DNA of 64,000 bases, taken from contig OX597819.1 of assembly GCA_951406725.2 (NCBI GenBank), positions 5,332,001 to 5,396,000 of the forward strand. Reading direction: 5' to 3'. Below, one piece after another: positions 48,345-61,271 of the stretch (position 1 is the stretch's first letter; each line of letters starts with the position of its first letter). Both the position numbers and the translations under genes were made by a program. Under the pieces are notes generated by a model. That model was given only the letters and a program-made list of their open reading frames with translations. It did not search any database and had not been told where the DNA came from. Source of the stretch: Octopus vulgaris. Its lineage: Eukaryota.

Positions 48345-50445
48345 CATCATCATCATCATCATCGTTTAACGTCCATTCTCCATGCTAGCATGGGTTGGAC
48401 GGTTCGACCGGGGATCTGGAAAGCCAGAAGGCTGCACCAGGCTCCAGTCTTATCTGGCAGTGTTTCTACAGCTGGATGCCCTTCCTAACGCCAACCACTC
48501 CGTGAGTGTAGTGGGTGCTTTTCACGTGCCACCTGACATTACACATCCATCGGAGCATACTGGCTTCATTCCTCACGAGCTTACGCATGTCCTCGGCAGT
48601 CACGGCCCATGTTTCACTGCCATGTAGCATGGCTGTTCGTACACACGCATCATACAGTCTGCCTTTTACTCTGAGCGAGAGGCCTTTAGTCACCAGCAGA
48701 GGTAAGAGCTCCCTAAACTTTGCCCAGGCTATTCTTATTCTAGCAGTTACACTTTCAGCGCACCCACCCCCACTACTGACTTGGTCACCTAGATAACGGA
48801 AGCTATCAACTACTTCTAGTTTTTCCCCCTGGAAAGTGACGGAAGTTATTTTCTGCAGATTTTCGGAGGTTAATGCTCCAGAGCATCTGCCACATACAAA
48901 AACTATCTTCCCAGTTAGCCTACCTTTGACATTGCTGCACCTCTTATGTGTCCATAGCTTACACTGGGTACATCTTATAGAGTTTCTACCTACACCTTTT
49001 CTACAGATTGAGCAGGGCCATCTTCCTGAAGACATTTGTGGATTGTCTACCTTCCTACTTATTAGTACTTTGGTTTTAGCTAGGTTGACTCTAAGGCCCC
49101 TCGATTCTAAACCCTCCTTCCACACCTGGAACTTCTCCTCCAGCTCTGATAGTGACTCAGCAATAAGAGCAAGGTCGTCAGCATAGAGGAGCTCCCAGGG
49201 ACAACCTGTCTTGAATTCCTCCGTAATTGCCTGGAGGACTATGATAAATAGGAGGGGGCTGAGTACTGAACCCTGGTGGACCTCAACCTCTACTTTGAAT
49301 TCTTCTGTGTACATGTTGCCAACCCTAACCTTACTTACGGCATCTCTGTACATGGCTTGCACAGTCCTCACCAGCCATTCATCTATCCCCAGTTTCCTCA
49401 TTGACCACCAGATAAGGGATCGGGGGACCCTATCAAAAGCTTTCTCCATGTCAACAAAAGCCAGGTACAGGGGCTTATCTTTGGCTAGGTATTTCTCCTG
49501 CAGCTGCCTTACCAGGAATATAGCATCAGTGGTACTTTTCCCTGGCACGAACCCAAACTGCATCTCATCTAAACTAACTCTCTCTCTAATTAGTTGGGCT
49601 ATGACCCTCTCCGTAACCTTCATTACTTGATCCAACAGCTTGATACCTCTGTAATTATTTGTATCTAGGGCATCGCCTTTACCTTTGTAGCAGTTGACTA
49701 GTGTGCTGTTACACCAGTCATTGGGTATGACTCCTTCGTGTATCACCTGGTTGACTATACGGGTGACCAGGCTATAGCCGACACTGCCAGATATTTTGAG
49801 CATCTCTGCAGTAATTCCTGATGGGCCTGGGGCTTTCCCTGTCTTCATGCTTCTAATTGCCTTAGCTACCACGGAACTATCAACTCGGATAGCTGGTCCC
49901 TCTGTTGGGTCAACATTCGGCAGACTCTCTTTATCCCATTCATTTTCTTTATTCAGCAACCTTTCATAGTGGCATCTCCAAACCTCTCTCTTTGCATACT
50001 CATTTAGCGCAAGTGAACCATCATCCATGCGAACACACTTCTCTCCTACCACATCACGATTCTCTCTCACACACTGTCTTGCAACACGAAATACCTCAAG
50101 TCTTTCATCCTCACGGCTCAGAACATTGGCAAATTTTTTCTTATCCGCTTCCCCTCTGGCTAGATAAACCTGTCTCCTAGCTTCCCTTCTGGCTGTCTGA
50201 TACAATTCCCTGCTACCACCATTCTTCCAGTCCTTCCAAGCCTGTCTCTTTTGTCTAATAGCCCTGTCAACCACAGTGTTCCACCACCATGTTACTCTGG
50301 GTCGAGATGGTACTTTGCTCCATCCACAGATCTGGTCAGTGGCTGTCAGCAGATTGTCCCGTAGGAATCTCCAGTTGTCTTCCACATTTAGTGAAGCTAT
50401 ATCCCCTTCTATTTCGTCAAAGGCCTCAAGTAGTATGTCTCTAAA
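48345..50445 (-). mobile_element. RTE-clade LINE, 5'-truncated, with internal deletion near the 3' end
   Basis: (GAT)n tail and 3' UTR fused at about 48532 directly to the ORF (MLRWMCNV|). The 5' junction is followed by AT-only filler at 50447-50525. Confidence 0.92.
48533..50445 (-). CDS. RTE reverse transcriptase fragment with PHD-like Cys/His finger
   Basis: Open frame with GKAPGPSG, NYRGIKLL, QFGF.PGKSTTDAIF, FVDMEKAFDRV, QGSVLSPLLF, LLYADD, CSIC...CTQCKLWTHKRC...CGRC and FRYLG. It lacks the APE domain and the normal C-terminus. Confidence 0.9.
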
Positions 50446-51318
50446 CAATTAATAATTAATTAAATAATTAATTTAATAATTAATTTAATAATTAATTAAA
50501 TAATTAATTTAATAAAATTAATAAATTTCACCTAGTAGATTTATCGGTATGGAAAAGACCATATTTGGTAAGAATTATATTAATTATAATAAAGGGTTAA
50601 TTGCAACAAGTTGCTCAAAACCACATACCGAAAATATTAGAAATAGCAGCCAAATTGATCACTATTTCTCCTACTATTAAAAAAGTCTCCACAAACAAAC
50701 AGAATTTGTAACCCGTATATGGTAAAAAGAAAGAAAATACCCTTTATTATAATTTATATAACTCACACACAGGTATACTCACAAATTGTTTCAGGCATTT
50801 CTCTTTTGCCTACTATTTGTATTGCTTTGTATTGCATACAAGTATGAAACGCTTTTTTGCTGGTCACAGCCAGTACACTGTGATCTTGCTGAGACTGAAC
50901 TATCCTTCCTTTGTTACCATAACAAAACAGTGTATGCATGTGTGATTAATTACCTGGTTTTTGAAGGTGTTTCTTAACTAGGTTAAACCAGGTGGGCAAT
51001 ATCAATTCTTCTCCAAACCATATTCATGTGAGCACTTGAATTCAGCTATTGCAAGCTATTGAAATAATTTGTCATTTAAACAGTTCTCTCACTGTTTTCA
51101 ATAAAACTGAAAGGTGTATTGGGTTAACAATTTACTGAAAGGTGTATTGGGTTAACAAAAGTTAGTTGTCTCAGCTGTGGAGTGAGTACAGCTGCTTGTA
51201 ATTCCCAGTAAACTGATATTTAATCAGCTCAAGCAGACACATTCATAGATAAAGTAAAAATATAAAAAAAAAACATGTGAAACCCAGATCAGATATTTTT
51301 AATCAACCTGAAGTATTA

Positions 51319-51721
51319 GGCGCAGGAGTGGCTGTGTGGTAAGTAGCTTGCTAACCAACCACATGGTTCCAGGTTCAGTCCCACTGCATGGCATCTTGGG
51401 CAAGTGTCTTCTGCTATAGCTCCGGGCCGACCAATGCCTTGTGAGTGGATTTGGTAGACGGAAACTGAAAGAAGCCTGTCGTATATATGTATATATATAT
51501 ATGTATATGTGTCTGTGTTTGTGTGTCTGTGTTTGTCCCCCTAGCATTGCTTGACAACCGATGCTGGTGTGTTTACGTCCCCATCACTTAGCGGTTCGGC
51601 AAAAGAGACTGATAGAATAAGTACTGGGCTTACAAGGAATAAGTCCTGGGGTCGATTTGCTCGACTAAAGGCGGTGCTCCAGCATGGCCGCAGTCAAATG
51701 ACTGAAACAAGTAAAAGAGAG
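51319..51721 (+). mobile_element. SINE family B, full length
   Basis: Complete copy flanked by AGTATTA on both sides (candidate TSD). Confidence 0.9.
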
Positions 51722-53087
51722 TATTAAGATATTTCATTTCTTCATTTCTGCTCTAACTAGCTTTGGGTTAATTAATTAATTAGGACACTTGCACTCTTCT
51801 GAAAAAAATTAATTACTCCTTTCTGATAATAGTAGAACTTATATGAAAAATGTTTGCATGAAAATCAGTTATTTTGAAAAACAATGTCGAAATTTTTTTT
51901 TCTGCCACTGATCATTGTGTTTGATAATAATTCAACACAGTCGCATGTCATTTGTAGATTATGAGCTGGTGTCCCATCTGTCCACTCTGATATTATTTTT
52001 AATGTGATTAAGGCGGCAGGCTGGCAGATTCAACTCACTCGGCAAAATGCTTAGTGGCATTTTTACCTCAGCCTTTACATTCTGAGTTCAAATTCCACTG
52101 AGGTCAGCTTTGCCTTTCATCCTTTTGGGGGTCGATAAATTAAGTACTAGTGAAGCACTGGGGTCAATGTAATCAACTAGCCCCTCTCCCCCAAATTTTC
52201 AGGCCTTGACCTATAGTAGAAAGGATTATTTTTAATTTCATTAGAAACCAATAATAATATGAATCTAACTCTGAAGACAATGAAAAAAAAAAAGGATTTG
52301 ATTTGCCATTGTTTTATTTATATTAAACTCATCACCATCATCATCATCATCATCATTTAACGTCCGCTTTCCATGCTAGCAGGGGTTGGACGATTTGACT
52401 GAGGTCTGGTGAACCAGACTTCAATCTGATCTGGCAGAGTTTCTACAGCTGGTTGCCCTTCCTAATACCAACCACTCCATGAGTGTAGTGGGTGCTTTTA
52501 CGTGCCACCGGCATGAGGGCCAGTTTGGTGGTGGTACTGGCAACAGCCCCGCCCAAATGGTGCTTTTTACGTGCCACCTGCACAGGAGCCAGTCCAGTGG
52601 CACTGGCGACGACCTCGCTCGAATGTTTCACCTGCCACCAGCACAAGTGCTAGTAAGGCGATGCGGTAACGATCACGCTCGAATGGTGTGCTTAACGTGC
52701 CATCGGCAGAAAGGTCAACGTGTTGCTCTGGCAACGATCTCACTCATATGGTACTCTTAGCACTCCACTAGCAACGGATGCCAGTCACCAAGTTTGATTT
52801 TGACTTCGATTTCACTTGCCTCAACTGGTCTTCACAAGCAGAGTTTAGTGTCCAATGAAGAAAAGGCACACATAAGTGGACTGGTTACACCCCTAGCATA
52901 TATCCTATCAGACATTTTTTTATTATTTAGGTTTTAATAATTATCTTCTTTTCCTTTCATACTTTGAAATCCTTCTCCCTCCATTTCCTCTCTTTGAGAC
53001 TTTCACAACTTTTATGTTACTTTATTTCCATTAACATAAAGTTGTTGTGAGGAGAAGATCGTACAAAATTTGAACACACAGTGTCTA

Positions 53088-53471
53088 TGGAAGCACTCCG
53101 TCGGTTACGACGATGAGGGTTCCGGTTGATCCGAATCAACGGAACAGCCTGCTCGTGAAATTAACGTGAAGTGGCTGAGCACTCCACAGACACGTGCACC
53201 CTTAACGTAGTTCTCGGGGATATTCAGCATGACACAGAGTGTGACAAGGCCGGCCCCTTGAAATACAGGTACAACAGAAACAGGAAGTAAGAGTGAGAGA
53301 AAGTTGTGGTGAAAGAGTAGAGCAGGGATCACCACCATCCCCTGCTGGAGCCTTGTGGAGCTTTTAGGTGTTTTCGCTCAATAAACACTCACAACGCCCG
53401 GTCTGGGAATCGAAACCGCGATCCGATGACCGCGAGTCTGCTGCCCTAACCACTGGGCCATTGCGCCTCCA
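53088..53471 (-). mobile_element. SINE family C with TSD
   Basis: Flanking direct repeat CACAGTGT. Confidence 0.9.
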
Positions 53472-54375
53472 CACAGTGTATATAGAAAGATAAGAAATAT
53501 TAGAACGCATGTAGGAATATGCTGAGAAAGGAGAGAAAGCAACTGCAACTTAAGAGTTGGAAAGTTAAAAGAGATTTCGTTGATAGAACAAGTTGCTCTA
53601 CTTTGCATTATATTTATAGTATGTCAATCTGAAAAACTGGCTCATCATTCTTTAAATGAGGGCAGAAATTCATAATTCATAAGCTTCTATTAATATTGCT
53701 TTTGCTGCACAGTTTTCTATTTGTTGTAATTTGCCATTTATAATAGGTTACATAGCATTGAAATCAACCGTTTGAGGTTGTCATCTCTACTTTTGCATTC
53801 ATCTTTGTTTGTGTCTTGCTTGCCTTGTGTGTGTTTTGTGTTGTGAACAGTTGAGACTGAAGCAGTTCAAGACAAAAATATTTGTTGGTTCTAAAAGAAA
53901 ATAAATAGTATGTGCTGTTAAATGTAAGTTTCCCTGGGTGACATATTGTAAGCATTTAATATTTTTGGCTTCCTAAATGAATGGAGCAACAGAGACTAAC
54001 AACATCTTACATACTGTTATGTATTAATTAGTTGTAAGAAAGGAGAGAGTAACTAAACTGTATACTTGCCAGCTAAGGAAAACAAATACACTGGTTGATA
54101 TCACATTTACCCTGAATCCACACAGTTGCCTCCCTGTCTTATTCAACCCACAAGAAATGTTTAACTCTTTTCTGTATGCTGTGTTATTCATGGCACATAC
54201 TGATTTTTACATCATTGTGTAGTAATTCTTTCATTGCAAAAAGTGATGTTAAAAAGTCTTGTACGATCATGATTTCACTTTTTAATTTTCTTGCCTCACA
54301 AAGCAGGAACATTGCCTCCCCACAAGTTTGCTGACCACCGTATTAGATAATAAATTTTGTTTCTATTTATTTCAG

Positions 54376-54553
54376 GTAGCAGCAATGAATGAATACCGAT
54401 GTCTTTTCTATTTGGGAGTATTAAACAATCAGCTGTATGCTGTGGGTGGAATAAACTGGACAGGAGTACTGCCAAGCGTTGAGGTCTACAATTGTGATCA
54501 AGATGTTTGGGAAAAGGACAAAGATTTGCCTTATCTTGTTCATGAACATGCAG
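54376..54553 (+). CDS. Kelch-like gene, internal kelch-repeat exon
   Basis: TTTCAG|GTA acceptor, phase 0, continuing KWQQ|VAAMNEYR. Encodes LYAVGG...SVEVYN...W...LP. Donor CAG|GTAAGT, phase 1. Confidence 0.92.
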
Positions 54554-55008
54554 GTAAGTCAATCCATTTTGCTTAACAATCTATGTTGAATATTAGTTCA
54601 AAGAAATCAAAATTAAAATTTGGAGAAATCCTTCTCTTCTTACCTGCCAAGCTGTTAAATACTAATTCAGTGATTTACTTCATGTAAAGAACAAATGTAT
54701 TTTTAAGAGCACTGTAGTTTGCTTGAAGCATTGTAATATTGAAGATGAGAGAAAATAGAAAGCTTCTGACAATGTGGAAAGTTTTATAAAACCTTTATAT
54801 TTCAGGTGCAGAAGAAAAACAGTCTGGGAAATGACCAGTTTTGCAGATTCTGTTAACCCATTCAAATCCCCTAGCGTTATGTAGCAGCAGTAGTCACTCT
54901 CCAAACGCAGATGCAATCAACACTCTGAACGTTGGTGTAAACAAACTTCCAACTGTTGTTGTAGGCCATTGCCATGCCATCTGTGATGTGACGGTGTTAT
55001 TTTTTTTT

Positions 55009-55392
55009 TGGAAGCACTCCGTCGGTTACGACGACGAGGGTTCCGGTTGATCCAAATCAACGGAACAGCCTGCTCGTGAAATTAACGTGTAAGTGGCTGA
55101 GCACTCCACAAACCCGTGTACTCTTAACGTAGTTCTTGGGGATATTCAGCGTGACACAGAGAGTGACAAGGCCGGCCCTTTGAAATACAGGTACAACAGA
55201 AACAGGAAGTAAGAGTGAGAGAAAGTTGTGGTGAAAGAGTACAGCAGGGATCACCACCATCCCCTGCCGGAGCCTCGTGGAGCTTTAGGTGTTTTCGCTC
55301 AATAAACACTCACAACGCCCGGTCTGGGAATCGAAACCGCGATCCTATGACCGCGAGTCTGCTGCCCTAACCACTGGGCCATTGCGCCTCCA
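55009..55392 (-). mobile_element. SINE family C with TSD
   Basis: Flanking direct repeat GACGGTGTTAT. Confidence 0.9.
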
Positions 55393-55534
55393 CGACGGTG
55401 TTATATTAGTAGTAGTAGTAATAGTAGTTACCCCCTCAAGTGTTGCTGGCTGTCTGAGTGTTGGTGTAAACAAATCTCCTACTTTTGTTGTAGGCCATTC
55501 CTTATCTGTTGGATGGTGTTGGTCACTGTTGCCA

Positions 55535-55790
55535 TGATGCTCGACTCCAATTGACTGTTAATCTTTAGGTTGAGGTAGTGGATCAGTAGAACCTCTTTTA
55601 TAAGTAAATTGCTGGTGTTCCTCTCCGAGGCTAGTGTGGAGGTGTCTATCTCCTTGGTGGTGTTGCCACATCTGGTCAGGTGTTTGGAGACGGAAGCATT
55701 GGTAGTGAGATGCTCCTTAATTTGGACAGGGAGTGGTTATGCTGTGTTGCTGATGTAGTAGTTGTTGCACTTTTGCTTGCATGATTGTCA
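55535..55790 (-). mobile_element. Penelope-like GIY-YIG remnant
   Basis: The minus frame reads CKQKCNNYYISNTA*PLPVQIKEHL...VSKHL...LLIKEVLLI...KINSQ. Confidence 0.6.
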
Positions 55791-56679
55791 AAGATTATAG
55801 ATTTATTCATTGTTTATTAAAAGCTACCAAGAAACAAACTATTACTATATATTTTAAACTGCTAAGGTGGTGAGCTAACTGAACCATTAGCATGCCAAGC
55901 AAAATGCTTTTCACCTGTCTTCACATTCTGAGTTCAAATCCCATCAAGGTCGACATTGCCTTTCATCCTTTCAGGGGTCAATAAAATAACTATAAGTTGA
56001 ACACTGGGCTTGATGTAATTGATATATATCCCCTCCCCAGAAATTGCTGGCCTTGTGCCAAAATTTAAAATCAATATATATTTTAAACACCCACTTCAAC
56101 ACATATTCATATTTAATATACATTCTAGTTAAATCTTTTAACATAATGTTTTATCTTTTTAATAAAAAATGAATTATCATAATTGTTAATTGTTTTAAAA
56201 ACTGAGCTATTTAAAAATACGTGCAACTTGAAATTTATATCAGTTAAATCAGTTACGATGAGTTAAAGTACAAATACACTTGAATAAATAATGATTGATT
56301 CTATAAATCCTTCCATTTATTGGAACACAAGAAAACTGTAATAATATTGAAAATAAGTTGCAATTGCAGAAAAATAAGCTAGCCAAGTCTTATGCGATCA
56401 TAAAGCAGTTCTCAATTTCTGGGAGAAAGAAAACCAGAGCTCTTAAGAAGCAGTTGAAAGGAGTTCCAACTGGATCAAGTCATGGAGGAACACTTGTGCA
56501 CAAAGAGAGAGAGAGAGAAGCATGGTTGCAGGGATCATGAAGCTCACTTTGTAACAGATGGTTCAGGGTTCCGCTCCACTGTGTACCATCATGGGAAAGT
56601 GTCTCCTACTGAAGCCTGACTTACCAATGTTTTGTGAATGAATTTGTTAGGCAGTAACTGTGTGAAAGCCTGGCTTTTG

Positions 56680-56910
56680 CAATGGTAGAAGGGACATCCA
56701 TGTGGGCTTTTCCAGTGGGCAATTCACCGAAGAATAAATGCTCAGGAAATATTTCTTTTTCCAGTATTTTGTCATAGTCGACTCTGTATTGACTTTTTCT
56801 AGGATAACATTGTTGGTTGTGTAGTCTTGCCATTTGATGTTGTGGAATTTCTCTTGATGGAAATGCTCCATCTCTTTGATGTCCTGATGGTGGAATTATA
56901 TATGTTCTTG
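56680..56910 (-). mobile_element. RTE/BovB-type LINE remnant
   Basis: EHFHQ..FHNIKWQDYTTNNVILEK and PEHLFFGELPTGK motifs in broken frames. Confidence 0.6.
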
Positions 56911-56925
56911 TACAACACACACACA

Positions 56926-57322
56926 TGGCGCAGGAGTGGCTGTGTGGTAAGTAGCTTGTTTACCAACCACATTGTTCCGGGTTCAGTCCCACTGCGTGGC
57001 ACCTTGGGCAAGTGTCTTCTACTATAGCCTCGGGCTAACCAAAGCCTTGTGAGTGGATTTGGTAGACGGAAACTGAAAGAAGCTCGTCGTATATATATAT
57101 ATATATATATATATATGCGTGTGTGTGTCTGTGTTTGTCCCCCTAGCATTGGTTGACAACCGATGCTGGTGTGTTTACGTCCCCGTCACTTAGCGGTTTG
57201 GCAAAAGAGACCGATAGAATAAGTACTGGGCTTACAAAAGAATAAGTCCCGGGGTCGAGTTGCTCGATTAAAGGCGGTGCTCCAGCATGGCCGCAGTCAA
57301 ATGACTGGAACAAGTAAAAGAG
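56926..57322 (+). mobile_element. SINE family B, full length
   Basis: Complete copy. It forms an inverted pair with 57706-58004. Confidence 0.9.
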
Positions 57323-57705
57323 TATGTGTATGTGTTTGGAAAGAAAAATTTAGCACAAGAAGATGGATGGAACAGGCTTTATTATATGTCACTACAATTG
57401 TTTCAACACATCATCATCAGCTGTTAATTGTTGAATGTTATGTATACTGTATGCAATATTGTGTTATTATGATTCAACAGTAGCTGTATACCTGCACATC
57501 CTCGGGTGACCAGAGTCAAAGTACTGCTGTTATTATCTTTAGCCTCTCTACCTTTTATGCTCAGACTGAAATATTATTTTTAGTAGTCCTCCAACAAAGA
57601 GGAACAAGGAAATGAGAAAAACAACAAAACTAAATTAAAGGAAATTAAAGAAAACAAAAGAATAAAGAACTGCATATTCAATTGATCTTTAACTACAGAT
57701 TTATG

Positions 57706-58004
57706 TTTACTCTTTTACTTGTTTCAGTCATTTGATTGCAGCCATGCTGGAGCACCGCCTTTAGTCGAGCAAATCGACCCCGGGACTTATTCTTTGTAAG
57801 CCCAGTACTTATTCTATCGGTCTCATTTGCCGAACCGCTAAGTGACAGGGACGTAAACACACCAGCATCGGTTGTCAAGCAATGCTAGGGGACAAACACA
57901 GACACACAAAAACACACATACACGTACATATATATACATATATACGACAGGCTTCTTTCAGTTTCCGTCTACCAAATCCACTCACAAGGCATTGGTTGGC
58001 CCGG
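57706..58004 (-). mobile_element. SINE family B, 5'-truncated
   Basis: Runs from the tail to ...CCAATGCCTTG. The head is replaced by an inverted copy of 56042-56178. Confidence 0.88.
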
Positions 58005-59779
58005 ATAATTTATTTTTATATTAAAAAGATAAAACATTATGTTAAAAGATTTAACTAGAATATATATTAAATATGAATATGTGTTGAAGTGGGTGTTTAA
58101 AATATATATTGATTTCAAATTTTGCCACAAGGCCAGGAATATCTGGAATTTTAGGAAAGAAAGGCATCTAAATATAAGCCATTAACAATTACTTATCTCT
58201 TGTGTCTGTTTCTGTTCCACTTCAAAGAAAACCAATGACGTATGTTCTCTTTCTTAACTCAGCGATCTACCACCTTGCAGATTCAATTTTAGATATATAG
58301 TATCACCACCAAAGTCTTTGCCCTCTTGCTTTTCATTGAGAGGGGCTATTAAACTAACAAATTTACTTGTACACACATATATATACATACATATATATTT
58401 CTTTACTACCCACAAGGAGCTAAACATAGAGGGGACAAACAAGGACAGACAAAGGGATTAAGTCGATTACATCGATCCCAGTGCGAAATTGGTACTTTAT
58501 TTATCGACCCCGAAAGGATGAAAGGCAGAGTCGACCTCGGTGGAATTTGAACTCACAACGTAACGACAGGCAAAATACCGCTAAGCATTTCGCCCGGCGC
58601 GCTAACGTTTCTGCCATCTCGCCTATATACATACATATACATTTATTCCACTTTAGCATATATCATCATCATCATCATTTAACATCCATTTTCCATGCTG
58701 GTATGGGTTGTGCTATATTCATACATATATTTATCTAAACATACACTCACACTTTCCATTCTTGTGTAAGCGAGATATGAAGCTTACAATCATGCTTATA
58801 TATTAATACTTTTTCCTATTTATATCCATTCATTTGGAATTATGAATTAGTTCTTAAAAAACGGAATTAAATTCTATAGGGTATCCTTATAAGGATTGTT
58901 TTTACAGACTTAGTCTTACCCATTATGATATGTCTGTTCACATATAATGATACTACAATAGAATTACATCCAGTATTCATTCTAGAATTACACCTTGTAA
59001 GTGCACATACATTTTACATTTATACGTAATGATAAATGTATCCTATAATTATTTCACTTTTAACCAAACAACTTTACACACATACAAACTACTATGAAAT
59101 TTCCTTATATATATAACATACACACACACACACATATACATACAAAAAAAGCCTAATAAATACATTTATAAGTAAATACATAATTGATATAATCTTAAAG
59201 GTTTCCACCAAATTCCCAAAACCAGCTTTTAGGCCTATGAATGAACACCCACACACACCTCATCCATTGCATGATACCTTGGACAACTTTCTTCTATAGA
59301 ATCGGACCAACCAGTTTTGTGAGTGAACTTGGTAGACATTAACTTTTTTGACTGCTAAACCCATGATTCCATGTGCATGCACACACACATAAAGAGTGCC
59401 AGGCGACACACACACACATGTGTGTGTGTGTGTGTCGCCTGGCACTCTATCTGTTATGATGATGAGTGTTCCTGTTGATTTGATCAATGAAACAACCTGG
59501 CCATGAAATTAACTTGCAAGTGGTTGGGCACTCCACAGGTGTGTGTATCATCAATGTAGTTCTCAGGGAGATTCGATGTGATACAGAATGGCCCTGGATT
59601 GGAACAATGTGAAATACAGTCTCTTGCTCAAATATATGCATCCATACAAATACACACAATTTCATATACTTCCATGAATACACATTCACATATGTCCACA
59701 CATTTGCACATAATTGTATATATGTGTGTGTTTGTGTAGACATGGCTGAATAGTTAAGAAGAACACTTTTTCAGTTTGT

Positions 59780-60068
59780 TGCTTCTTGAGCTATGCCTGG
59801 CTCATAAGGGCCGGTTTCCTTGGTGTATAGCTTCCCCACTTGGATGGGACGCTGGTCCATCGCAGATGAGCTGCAAGATGCAGGAGGAAAGAGTTGAGAG
59901 AAAGTTGTGGCAAAAGAGTCAGCAGAAGTTCGCCATTACCTTCTGCTGGAGCCGCATGGAGCTTAGGTATTTCGCTCATAAACACACGCATCGCCCAGTC
60001 TGAGATTCGAACCTGTGATCTCTCGACCGTGAGTCTGCTGCTCTAACCACTTGACCATGTGCCTCCAC
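59780..60068 (-). mobile_element. Diverged SINE with family C-like head and a different 3' half
   Basis: GTGGAGGCACATGGTCAAGTGGTTAGAGCAGCAGACTC head and CCACAACTTTCTCTC body shared with family C. Confidence 0.7.
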
Positions 60069-60869
60069 TAAGAAGAACAATTTACAATCATGAGAGACTA
60101 TGTTCAATCATATTGCATAATACCTTGAGTAAATGTTTTCACCTGTAACCTCTGTTTAACTGAAGTCTTAATTGTGGAATTGAGTTGATGATAACTTTAT
60201 TGGATTTATGCATGCAATAAGCAGACAAACCTTATAATTACCATTTCTTGGTTTAATCACTTTGTTGACACATTTCTCCATTTTCTTAGCATTCAGTATC
60301 ACTTTAGCAGCAAAAATTCTTCTCACAGTCTCTTTCGTTTTGTGCTCCTATCAAAAGAAGTGAAACAGACCAGTGCTAGAACCATAGATATTCCCTAAGT
60401 CTAACTGAAACAAAGGAAGCAATTTCATGTATCAAATGAAGATACAATGTATTTAATTATCATGTGATATTGTGACTGAACAGGCTATCAGGTGTTACAC
60501 ACCACTGCATTGTTTTAGCCTTCAAATGACGACACCCGGCTGGCTAGGCGAGCAGGCCAACATCCTCCACCCTGATTGAAGTGGGGCTGGAACAATGTGA
60601 AATGAAGTGTTTTACTCAAGAACGCAACATGCCATCCAGTTAAAGTTCATATATCTGAAAAAGATGCACATTCTAAAGCATTAGAGCATTAATATACTTT
60701 ATTTCAGAAGTTACATGTAATGGCCCGGTCACAAAGCACTGAGCCGTAGAGGCGACTTATCAGAGTCAAACAGTCATTTGAGCACTTATACTTCTAAGTG
60801 CTTTATAGGTCACTCTCTGACCAGTCATCACATTTAACTTCCTAACAAAAAAAGAAGATATAACATATA

Positions 60870-61271
60870 TCTATATATATAAAAGTGAGGTTGTGTAGTG
60901 TCTGTCTCCTACGATTTAGATTCCTAACTACTCCCACATTTTGCGGTGTAGTTTAACCAAAAGCGGGTATCTTATAGTCGTGATTCATATCAAGCCCTTC
61001 TGGGTATTAGCGCGCGTCTACGATGAGTCTACGATTTAAAAAAAAATTTACCATAATTTTTTCCCATTTTAATGCATTTTTTTGCTATTATATAAGGGAA
61101 GTAACTCTTTAAAAATTTATTATTAAATCTCAGAACGTAAAAAGCTACAGTAACACCTCCTCCCCCTTTGTGGTTAGCCATATTGAGATGGCTATTATAC
61201 TTTACATCTCTAAAAATGTTTATATAGTTATTTCCCTTACAAACCCGAGCAACGCCGGGCGATACTGCTAG
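60870..61271 (+). mobile_element. Helitron H1
   Basis: A|TC...CTAG|T termini and the 3' hairpin. Confidence 0.85.

Noticed and set aside
48466-48532. Native C-terminus of the 660-aa RT ORF
   Set aside because: RWHVKSTHYTHGVVGVRKGIQL is 3' UTR sequence brought into frame by an internal deletion. The decayed copy at 32300-32560 retains additional coding sequence there.
51105-51159. 25-bp direct duplication ACTGAAAGGTGTATTGGGTTAACAA
   Set aside because: A simple local tandem duplication with no element or other structure between the copies.
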